A stretch of 64,000 nt of DNA, taken from contig CAUZHA010000010.1 of assembly GCA_963579555.1 (NCBI GenBank), forward strand, positions 133-64,132, given 5' to 3'. The notes under the pieces are model-generated. The model saw only the letters and a program-made list of their open reading frames with translations. It ran no database searches and was not told the DNA's origin. The DNA comes from Planctomycetes bacterium UBA1146. GTDB lineage: Bacteria; Planctomycetota; UBA8108. A program made the translations under genes and the position numbers. Positions 21,901 through 28,796 of this stretch are shown one piece after another (the stretch's first letter is position 1; each line of letters begins with the position of its first letter).

Positions 21901-23092
21901 CCCGGGCCCCAGGGCGCAGCCGGATCGCAACGGCAGGAAGCCCTCGCCTCTCTCGACCAATGGGCGTCTCTTTGTCCAGGGCCTGCACAGGATCATCTGC
22001 CTGGATTCCTACAATGGCTCGATTCTCTGGAGCTGGGAGATCCCGTCCATGATGCGCTTCAATATGCCGCGCGATTGCAGCAATTGGTGCGCTGATGGAG
22101 ACAACGTCTTCGTCGCGATGGGCGGGCGTTGCTGGCGCATTGACGCGAAGACCGGAGCTCTGAGCAAGAGCTACAGGGTCCGTCCGGGAAACATCAAGGA
22201 ATGGGAGTACGACTGGAGCTACCTCGCCCGGGAGGGCGACAAGGTCATCGGCAGCGGCGTCAAGAAGGGTACGGCCTTCACGAGCTTCTGGGGCGGGTCC
22301 GGGGCAGGCTGGTACGATGCCAAGAGCGGCCCGGTGACGCATAAGGTCTGCAGCGAGAATCTCTTCGCTCTCTATGAAAAGTCCGGGTTGCTGAAGTGGG
22401 AATATTCGAAGGGAGTCATCCTCAACCCGACGATCACAGTGAGCGGCGGCCGAGTCTATTTTGTCGAGAACCGCAACGCCGGGGTCAAGAAGGCGAGTGA
22501 TCGGCGGGTAGGCTCGTCTTCGCTCTGGACAGACCAGTACCTCGTCGCTCTCGACTCCGATTCCGGCAAGGTTGTATGGGAGAAACCTATCGACACGGCC
22601 AATGGGGATGTCGTCTTCTATCTCGCCAGCGGCGGCGGCAAGGTGGTGCTGGTCGCATCCGGGGGCAAGAAATACCATACCGATGTCTTTGATTCGAAAA
22701 GCGGCAAGGCACTCTGGAAGGACAGCTTCAGCTGGGGACAGGATCATCATGGCGGACACATGGCGCGCCCGGCGATCGTCAATGGCGAGGTCTACGTTCG
22801 GCCGCGCGCCTATGACCTGGCGACCGGTAAGGTGCTCAAAAAGAGCCTCCCTGGAGGAGGCTGTGGAACCTATGCCGCTACCACGGGAGCCTTTATCTTC
22901 CGCTCGGGAAACGTGACCATGTGGGACAGGTCAAATGGCAAGGTGACGAGTTGGAGCAGGCTGCGTCCGGATTGCTGGCTGTCTACGATCCCGGCCGGTG
23001 GGATGCTGCTTTCTCCCGAGGGTGGCGGGGGCTGCAGCTGCGGCTCCTGGCTGGAGACCTCGATCGGCTTTATTCCCGTGGCGCGAAAGTGA
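18956..23092 (+). CDS. Secreted multidomain protein: PQQ-type propeller + LamG/ConA + FN3-like + methyltransferase-like + PQQ-type propeller
   Basis: Signal peptide MKFTVF..; DWPTYRHDNSRSG; LamG motifs ISAEAWVR, WYHVVGTYDG and LNEVRVYNRALS; FN3-like VVNWET...REHEL; CLVLASGDG; C-terminal CG..CW..GCSC. Confidence 0.85.
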   Translation: MKFTVFPVFLFLFLGAAAPLQSADWPTYRHDNSRSGTTAEKLVAEKLELNWVHRAALAPRPAWAGPAKWDAYAGIRGLRSMRNYDPAFHVIVVDGSVYYGSSADHGVHRLDAKTGREKWVFFTDAPVRIAPTWYSKKLYFGSDDGYAYCIRERDGELVWRKRPELPGRLILNNGNFIPFWPCRTGVLVDRGLAYFGNSLLPWKDSYISAVNASTGKPSSRGGFLKKYGGLTLEGALLASSSRLIAPQGRVAPLLFGRADGARLGSLEGGGGCFVLLTDDSNVLHGPGNKTGWITGSNEKSRGKIATFKNGNEMIISGDTAYMLSDHALAAMDRKNKKGKWRTAGEYSLTMILAGDTVFAGGIDEVAAFRTSDGEQIWRGAVEGGVYGLAVADGALFVSTDQGRIACFRAGKGKPARGETAGKKDELAVLDVPGFKSPGLVGRWLLQSGAVKGRKVFDLAGKQHAAAQGNPRLVKLGEHQGMNFEGQISSLRIVDDHKDANLPVKAISAEAWVRIDQAAPWGCIIGAFQDNGSYEKGWILGYVGSKFSLAIQGTGGASAMTYMTADRAFRAGQWYHVVGTYDGVEMRLYVDGKLAAAGKAQSGPIDYPPSAFYEMAAYHDKDEYFRLRGALNEVRVYNRALSAAECARHSRSKKLEGGGSGGIAVPAEQLLTLKAGPFLHFTSLDTAVVNWETAEASRTAVLFGPKGGEQEKLGRSGARREHELEFTGLARNRLYTYRIVAGIEGKELSTAEYECDNFFNLTLPSMRAELNPYSGAKDSSVAADAAQRILDETGIDQGICLVLASGDGRLAWELAVRSRLQVVGVDTDEKAVDKARRLAYKAGVYGVRLKYYKVDSLSKLPFTGHFANLVVSAGMIEKGRCEGSASELFRILRPGGGIAYLGQPAELKPTLTTTRLASWLKRGGVEFRSIERDGSWAVVRRGPLEGAGSWSHQYGQADNSAFGGEQLAGAAGINDLDVQWIGRPGPRAQPDRNGRKPSPLSTNGRLFVQGLHRIICLDSYNGSILWSWEIPSMMRFNMPRDCSNWCADGDNVFVAMGGRCWRIDAKTGALSKSYRVRPGNIKEWEYDWSYLAREGDKVIGSGVKKGTAFTSFWGGSGAGWYDAKSGPVTHKVCSENLFALYEKSGLLKWEYSKGVILNPTITVSGGRVYFVENRNAGVKKASDRRVGSSSLWTDQYLVALDSDSGKVVWEKPIDTANGDVVFYLASGGGKVVLVASGGKKYHTDVFDSKSGKALWKDSFSWGQDHHGGHMARPAIVNGEVYVRPRAYDLATGKVLKKSLPGGGCGTYAATTGAFIFRSGNVTMWDRSNGKVTSWSRLRPDCWLSTIPAGGMLLSPEGGGGCSCGSWLETSIGFIPVARK

Positions 23093-23097
23093 GTCGC

Positions 23098-23346
23098 CTA
23101 GGTTCCGGGGGCCGCGCCGCCGCCCATCTTCCTGCGGTCGCTTTCTCTGATGTTCCTGTAGATGAACCCGATGACGAAGCTCGCCATGCTCAGGAAGAGT
23201 CCCAGCATGAAGAGGATGCTCCAGGTGAATCCCGACGCCGAACCGGAGTCGATACTCTTTCCTCACATGACGCATTGCGCCCGGGCGATAGCCGGGGCGA
23301 GGAAGAGAGCCAGCCAGGACAGGGAGATGAGATAAAGCCGTTTCAT
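23098..23346 (-). CDS. Small exported membrane protein with CxxU motif; candidate selenoprotein (in-frame UGA at 23263-23265)
   Basis: Translation MKRLYLISLSWLALFLAPAIARAQCVM(UGA)GKSIDSGSASGFTWSILFMLGLFLSMASFVIGFIYRNIRESDRRKMGGGAAPGT(TAG), 82 aa. The frame stays open and GC3-rich after the UGA and ends 5 nt from the convergent neighbour. Confidence 0.8.
23229..23253 (-). promoter_or_regulatory. Candidate bacterial SECIS element
   Basis: AUC-GAC-U-CC-[GGUUC]-GG-C-GUC-GG-GAU stem-loop; the loop begins with GG exactly 18 nt after the UGA. Confidence 0.7.
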
Positions 23347-23354
23347 AGGCTGAG

Positions 23355-23382
23355 AGTATAGCCCTCGGCGGCAGGCAGTTAA
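23355..23382 (-). promoter_or_regulatory. Leaderless-type promoter of the CxxU gene
   Basis: Minus strand TTAACT-N16-TATACT, then 8 nt to the ATG at 23346; no Shine-Dalgarno. Confidence 0.6.
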
Positions 23383-23410
23383 CAGTTTCACGCCAGAAAT
23401 CGCGCGGTTC

Positions 23411-24670
23411 TTGTTCAGACCGCCGGCTTGCCGTAACATTTGGGGCTTGCCAGATATCACGCGACCTATCAAGAAGACCGGCCCCGGATCGATTTCTGTC
23501 CTGATTCCGCTGGTGCTCCTGCAATATGCCGCAGGGGGAGCTTTCTACCCGTTCCTCGGGCCCTATCTCGAGAACGCCAAGGGCTTCGAGGTCAGGGATC
23601 TCAGCCTGCTGGCTCTTGGGGCCGGCGTCGTGAATTGTGTGATGCCCTTTGCCTGGGGTGCCCTGGCCGACCGTGTCATAGCAGTCAATCGTCTCATCTG
23701 CCTGCTGCACCTGTCGGCGGCATTTTCCCTGCTGATCTTTTCACAGGGAGCGGGCCTGGTCATGCTGACGGGCCTCTTCGCCCTCTACACGGCCCAGCAG
23801 CAGCCGACCAATTCGCTCTCCAACGCGCTCTGCTATCACAACCTGGATGACCCCCCGAGGCAATTCGGTCCGCTCAGGCTCTGGGGCTCGGTCGGCTGGG
23901 CCTTGCCTTCGGTTCCCATCGCTTTCTGGCTCCTCGATGGAGGCGAGCGCTCGCTTCATTTCATCATCTACCTGACCTTCGGGCTCCATCTCGCCCTCGC
24001 CCTTCTCTATCCCTTTCTTCCTCACACCCCGCCGGCGGGCCGCAAGGAGGGAGCCGGGAGTTTTTTCACCGACCTGGCCGTTCTGTTCAGGGCGCCGGGC
24101 TTCGCGATGCTCCTGCTGGTCACCTTCCTGGTGCAGGCGGGCTTCGCGATCATGTTCTATCTCTCGCCGCTGGCACTCGGACGGTCGCTGGTTGATTCCG
24201 ATATTCGCCTGGGTTGGCTGGGTCCGATTCAGACCGCCGGGGTGATTCTCGAGATCCCTCTCTTCCTGCTGCTGCCGAGGCTTCTGGGGCGTCTTGGTTA
24301 CAGGAAGGTGCTTGGCCTGGGGATTGCAGCTTCGCTGGTGCGGCACCTGGTCTTTGCAACCTCGACCAGCCCGCTGGCGCTGGCGCTGGCGAGCCAGCTG
24401 ATCGCTCCCTGCGTGGTCTTCTTCCTCATCGGAGTGAGCCTGGCCATCAACTCGATCGCCGGGCGGGAGATTCGCGCTACCTCCCAGACGCTGCTTGCCC
24501 TGGCGGGCTCCGGTCTCGGGTCGGTCCTGGGGCTGGCCTCCAGCAGCCTGCTTGCTTCAGGAGACTCGGTGAAGAGCTCCTTCTTCTTCGCGTGCGGCTG
24601 CAGCCTGCTGTCGTTGCTGTTGCTGCTGGGGGTCCGTTTTCCCGCGCCGATGGCCAGGCAGAAATCCTGA
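23411..24670 (+). CDS. MFS transporter (nucleoside:H+ symporter / MFS_1-like)
   Basis: About 12 hydrophobic segments; WGALADR and FGPLRLWGSVGW motifs; start uncertain (TTG at 23411 or 23447). Confidence 0.88.
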   Translation: MFRPPACRNIWGLPDITRPIKKTGPGSISVLIPLVLLQYAAGGAFYPFLGPYLENAKGFEVRDLSLLALGAGVVNCVMPFAWGALADRVIAVNRLICLLHLSAAFSLLIFSQGAGLVMLTGLFALYTAQQQPTNSLSNALCYHNLDDPPRQFGPLRLWGSVGWALPSVPIAFWLLDGGERSLHFIIYLTFGLHLALALLYPFLPHTPPAGRKEGAGSFFTDLAVLFRAPGFAMLLLVTFLVQAGFAIMFYLSPLALGRSLVDSDIRLGWLGPIQTAGVILEIPLFLLLPRLLGRLGYRKVLGLGIAASLVRHLVFATSTSPLALALASQLIAPCVVFFLIGVSLAINSIAGREIRATSQTLLALAGSGLGSVLGLASSSLLASGDSVKSSFFFACGCSLLSLLLLLGVRFPAPMARQKS

Positions 24671-24672
24671 GA

Positions 24673-26268
24673 CTATTCGTCGAGTTCGTCTCCGCCCGCC
24701 TCCCCCTCCGGCTCGGGCTTCTTTTCGCCAAGGGTTGACATGTATTCCTTGAACTGCTTTTCAAGGGAGTTGAATCCGCCGCCGCCTTCCACCTTGATGT
24801 ACTCGGCCAGGGAATCGTTGCCGATCTTTCCCATGTAGTAGGCGCTGAGGAAGCGGACGAAGTCTTCCTTGTAGATCTCGTCATTGTAGTGCATGAAGAA
24901 GTGGCAGAGCGCTCCCGCGAGGCAGTAGTTGAGACCCCGGTTCACCTTGTGGAACTGGTCATTGTCGATGTGGGCGAATGCCTGGAGGTTCCAGTCCTTG
25001 CTGCCGCCCAGGAACCTCTTGGCAATATTCATGCGGTTGCCGCCGATCTCGAAGCCCGGGACCCAGCGACCCTTAATTTTTTTCCAGGTCTCGATATAGA
25101 CGGCGATGCCCTCGACGACCCAGTTGTTCCCGCGGCTGCCGCTGCTTCGGGTGGCCTTGGTCTCGGCAAAGAGCTGGTGGGCGACCTCGTGGTAGAAGGT
25201 GCGGTAGGTCTCCTCCTCGTTGTCAGACCAGTAGAAGCGGGACTTGTGGTCGCTGCCGGAGTAGAAGCCAGCCGATTCTCTCAGCAGCTTGTCATTGCCC
25301 TTCTCCTGCTTGACGTGCAGGAGATAGCCGTTGCGGCTGGGAAATAGAATGACCTGGTGCATCTTCTTGACCTCGGGGCGATTGAAGAGCAGCCTGGCTC
25401 CAGCGATCTGGTCGTAGTACCCGATGAAGGTCCTGAAGAACTGGGTATAGAAATCTTCGAGCTTCAGGGCGAACTCCCAGGCCCTGGCCCGTCCCATGTT
25501 GGTCCGAACTTCGAAGTGTTCACTCTGCACGGAATAGGGCGCGTACTCGTTGCGGGTTCGGATCGATTTTTCGCGTTCGGCCGGGATCCATTTGCCCTTG
25601 TAGGGGCGGAGCCCCGAGTCGAAGTCTTTCTTCTTCTTCTTTTCGAACCACCCCTCCTTCGACAGGAAGTACTTCTTGCGCTTGGCGTACTCCCAGGTGC
25701 TGATCCACTCCTTGGTCTTCGTGTCCTTCTTGTAGCCGAGGATCTTGCGGGCCTTCGAATCGTCCGGGCTGATCTCGAGGACGTGGGAGATCATGTCGAA
25801 GGCCCTGGTAAAGAGGCCTACCTTCATGCAGCCGGTGGCCAGCTTGACCAGCTCCACGCCCTGCTTCTTGTCTGCTGATTTGAGCCTCGTGAGCAGGGAC
25901 TTGCCGTTCTTCTCATTTTTCCCCGAGTCGCTTTCCTCCTCGGCTTTTTCCACCTTCTCCCTGATGTCTTCGAGCTTGGGGTGGTCGGGATTGATTCCCT
26001 TGATCTTATCTGCCAGCGCGGCGGCATCCTTCTTGAGGCCCTGGAGCGCGGCCCAGTTCGCCACCCTGGCGAGGTCCCGGCAGTACTGGTCCTGGATCTT
26101 CTGGGTGCGTTTTCTGAGGGCCGCCTCGATCTGCTCGTCACGGCTGAGGCGGGTCTTCGCGGACCGTTTTCTCTGGCCGTTGGCGATGGCGGGAACAAGC
26201 AGGACTGCGGCCAGGAAGAGCGAAAGGGACACCAGGGGCTTGCCGCCGGCAGTTTTTCTGTTATTCAC
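24673..26268 (-). CDS. Secreted DUF1570-like / gluzincin-type metallopeptidase-domain protein
   Basis: Signal peptide; helical N-terminus with planctomycete-type LA..C...GL...A...VL...PD...AR..LG repeat; FYHEVAHQ (HExxH) followed by WVVEGIAVY. Confidence 0.75.
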   Translation of the reverse strand: MNNRKTAGGKPLVSLSLFLAAVLLVPAIANGQRKRSAKTRLSRDEQIEAALRKRTQKIQDQYCRDLARVANWAALQGLKKDAAALADKIKGINPDHPKLEDIREKVEKAEEESDSGKNEKNGKSLLTRLKSADKKQGVELVKLATGCMKVGLFTRAFDMISHVLEISPDDSKARKILGYKKDTKTKEWISTWEYAKRKKYFLSKEGWFEKKKKKDFDSGLRPYKGKWIPAEREKSIRTRNEYAPYSVQSEHFEVRTNMGRARAWEFALKLEDFYTQFFRTFIGYYDQIAGARLLFNRPEVKKMHQVILFPSRNGYLLHVKQEKGNDKLLRESAGFYSGSDHKSRFYWSDNEEETYRTFYHEVAHQLFAETKATRSSGSRGNNWVVEGIAVYIETWKKIKGRWVPGFEIGGNRMNIAKRFLGGSKDWNLQAFAHIDNDQFHKVNRGLNYCLAGALCHFFMHYNDEIYKEDFVRFLSAYYMGKIGNDSLAEYIKVEGGGGFNSLEKQFKEYMSTLGEKKPEPEGEAGGDELDE

Positions 26269-26303
26269 GGTTTTCTCCGGTGAGGCCGGTTTTGCTGCCG
26301 GCT

Positions 26304-27920
26304 CTACTTCTTCGACTTGGCTTTCTTCACCCGCGTGAACTTCCTGAGGAAGCCGGCGACATCTTTATTGAACCGTTTCGATTCTTCGCAGAACGGCATG
26401 CAGGATGAGAAGGAGTACACCAGGCAGATCCCGCGATAGTACTTGGCGATCGCCTTAGAGTCCTCGATGCTGTTGTAGAGGCTCGACTTGCCGGTGATCA
26501 CCAGGGTCGGGATTCTAAGGGCCGGCTTCTGTTCCTTGAAGAGGTCAAAGTCCGGAATGGCGACGCCCCCCATCACGTGGTTCTTGACCGGGTAGAGCAT
26601 GCTGATGACATAGTCGCGTTCATCGTGAAAGAAGAGGCTCCAGGAGCGCCGGTCGATGCAGCCGCCCTCGCCTTCCCACTTGGTGATCTCGTTCTCTCGC
26701 TGGTAGGAGTCCAGGGTGCTTTCTCCGGTATTTGTGTTAAAGGTCCGGCCTAGCCCGAAGTAGTGCATCTCGGTGTCTTTTTTGCTCTTGCCCTGCTTCT
26801 TGAACCGGCCTGTCGCCTTGGCGTATTCCTTGACGCCCGACAGAGGTGCAACCAGGAGGATGCCGGCCACCGATTTGGGGTATTTCTTCGCGTAGCGCAT
26901 GGCGATCCAGCTGTTCATGCCACAGGCCATGATCGCGAAACGTTCCTCCTTGGTTTCCTTGCGCAGGTCCTCGAACGCGTCGACCAGCTGGTCGATCGGA
27001 TAATAAGGGATCTGCTTGGCGCTGACGACTCGCAGGTTCTTGAAGCTCTTTACCGGAGGCAGCTTGATGTAGTGGAGCTTGTGTCTCTGTTCGAGTCCGG
27101 AGAGAAACGGCAGCATGATGTTTTCGCTGTAGCCGTAGGGGGGGATGATCAGGATCGGGACCCCGATTCCCGAGCCGCGCTCCGATGATTCGAGCGTGAC
27201 TCCTCCGAGGATCGACACGGTCCTTCTCTTCTTGAGCTTGTGGCCGAGGTCTTCGGCGGCCTTCTTGGCGTCTTCATCCGTCTCGCCGAGCTTGTAGTCC
27301 GGGTCGTTCTTTGCCGTCTCCCACCAGGACAGCCAGTATTCCGCCTTGGGGCCGCGGTAGGCCTGGGTCAGCTCATTGAGTGAGCTCTCGAGGAAGGTCT
27401 TGACTACCGGGTCATCTTCTTTCTGGAAGCGCTTGACGAGGGCGTCGACGGCCTCGGGTTTCTTGTGGACCCGCAGGCTGTGGACCACGACCCGGCGAAC
27501 CGTGGGATCCTTGTCATCGAGGGCATCGTAGAGATGCTTGTAGAAGATCGGGTCATCCATCTTGGCGAGGGCGACGGCCATGCCCTGGCGAACCGCGCGG
27601 TCCTTGTCCTTCTTGAGGGCCTTGATCATCTTGTCGAGTACCTCGTCACTGGCGGCGGTGGCCAGCGCCTTGATGGTGCCATCCCGGTCGAACCAGGGCA
27701 TCTTTGCCATGATCTTTACGAGCATGCTGAACTGGCTCTTTTCCTCGGGGTTCATCTTGGTCCACGTGTCGTGGCGAATGAGGGAGTTGGGAGAGCGAAG
27801 GGCTTTGCCGATCGCGCCCTTGCTGACGCCTTCCTCCTGCCCGTTTACCGTAGAGGGCAAAAGGAACAATGCGGCGCAGAGGGCCGTTAGGGAGAGGGTC
27901 GGAATACTGAAAGAGATCAT
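26304..27920 (-). CDS. Secreted HEAT-repeat protein fused to a degenerate alpha/beta-hydrolase domain
   Basis: Signal peptide; HEAT repeats (ALKKDKDRAVRQGMAVAL, ALDDKDPTVRRVVVHSL); C-terminal hydrolase fold with ACGMNS at the nucleophile elbow and SSCMPF at the catalytic His position. Confidence 0.8.
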   Translation of the reverse strand: MISFSIPTLSLTALCAALFLLPSTVNGQEEGVSKGAIGKALRSPNSLIRHDTWTKMNPEEKSQFSMLVKIMAKMPWFDRDGTIKALATAASDEVLDKMIKALKKDKDRAVRQGMAVALAKMDDPIFYKHLYDALDDKDPTVRRVVVHSLRVHKKPEAVDALVKRFQKEDDPVVKTFLESSLNELTQAYRGPKAEYWLSWWETAKNDPDYKLGETDEDAKKAAEDLGHKLKKRRTVSILGGVTLESSERGSGIGVPILIIPPYGYSENIMLPFLSGLEQRHKLHYIKLPPVKSFKNLRVVSAKQIPYYPIDQLVDAFEDLRKETKEERFAIMACGMNSWIAMRYAKKYPKSVAGILLVAPLSGVKEYAKATGRFKKQGKSKKDTEMHYFGLGRTFNTNTGESTLDSYQRENEITKWEGEGGCIDRRSWSLFFHDERDYVISMLYPVKNHVMGGVAIPDFDLFKEQKPALRIPTLVITGKSSLYNSIEDSKAIAKYYRGICLVYSFSSCMPFCEESKRFNKDVAGFLRKFTRVKKAKSKK

Positions 27921-28184
27921 CGAATTATCCTGCCTGGTTCATAAGTCAAAAAAGGAACTGTTTCCGGTGTCGCACTAGCTACCTTAACGCAAGGAGACGG
28001 GATAGATTATTCTAAGTGGAGCCGGAATAGCCGCCCATGATTTTTTGCCCGGCGGTTATTCAGCAAGGCTATCATCCTGCCCGATACCATCCAGCCGAAT
28101 TTTAAGGTGCCCGGGGTGGGAGCGTTCTGGAGGCGGAGGGATTTATGGAAAGAGCCGGCCGTGATTTGACAGGAGAGCTTTTCG

Positions 28185-28748
28185 ATGAGTGATGGGCCTT
28201 TTCCAGCAGCGGACGCCAGTGAGGATGATCTCAACATGCTCGAGGCGCAGCTCGGGCGCAGGCCCACCGGCGTTCTGAAGGTCGAGGTCTACTGTCCGGC
28301 GGGGCACCCCCAGGTCATTCGCTATTATCCCCTGACCCTTGGCGAGCAGGGGCAGGTGCTCTCTCCCTTTCCAACGCTTTTCTGGCTTACCTGTCCATCC
28401 CTGATTCGCCAGGTCTCCGAGTTTGAATCCTATGGCTGGATAGGAAAAATAGAGGAGAGGATCCAGGCTGATTCCGATTTCAGGGCGGAGTACCACGAAA
28501 ACCACAGGGCCTACGGCCTCGAGCGCTGGGCTGCTCTCCTCCCGGCTCACCAGGAGGCCGTTATCGAGAAGGGCTGGGAGAACGTCTACAGGAATACCGG
28601 CATCGGGGGTATCAGGGAATGGGATTTCGTCAAGTGCCTGCATCTCCAATACGCCCACCAAGCGGGCTCAGCTAATGTCGTGGGCCGCTTCCTCCAGGAG
28701 CAGTTCTCCCTGCAACCTTGCATGCCCCCGGAGTCCCCGGTAGGTTGA
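28185..28748 (+). CDS. DUF501 domain protein
   Basis: QLGRRP, CPAGHPQVI, PFPTLFWLTCP and GIGG....VKCLH motifs. Confidence 0.9.
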   Translation: MSDGPFPAADASEDDLNMLEAQLGRRPTGVLKVEVYCPAGHPQVIRYYPLTLGEQGQVLSPFPTLFWLTCPSLIRQVSEFESYGWIGKIEERIQADSDFRAEYHENHRAYGLERWAALLPAHQEAVIEKGWENVYRNTGIGGIREWDFVKCLHLQYAHQAGSANVVGRFLQEQFSLQPCMPPESPVG

Positions 28749-28796
28749 GCCTGCGGACTGCGCGGCGTCCCAGGTGTCGACAGGATTGGAGGCAAG

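Noticed and set aside
26274-26286. 13-nt match (TCTCCGGTGAGGC) to part of E. coli selC tRNA-Sec
   Set aside because: No UCA anticodon arm, T-arm or acceptor stem; it sits in a 35-nt gap and overlaps the RBS of the next gene, so chance match.
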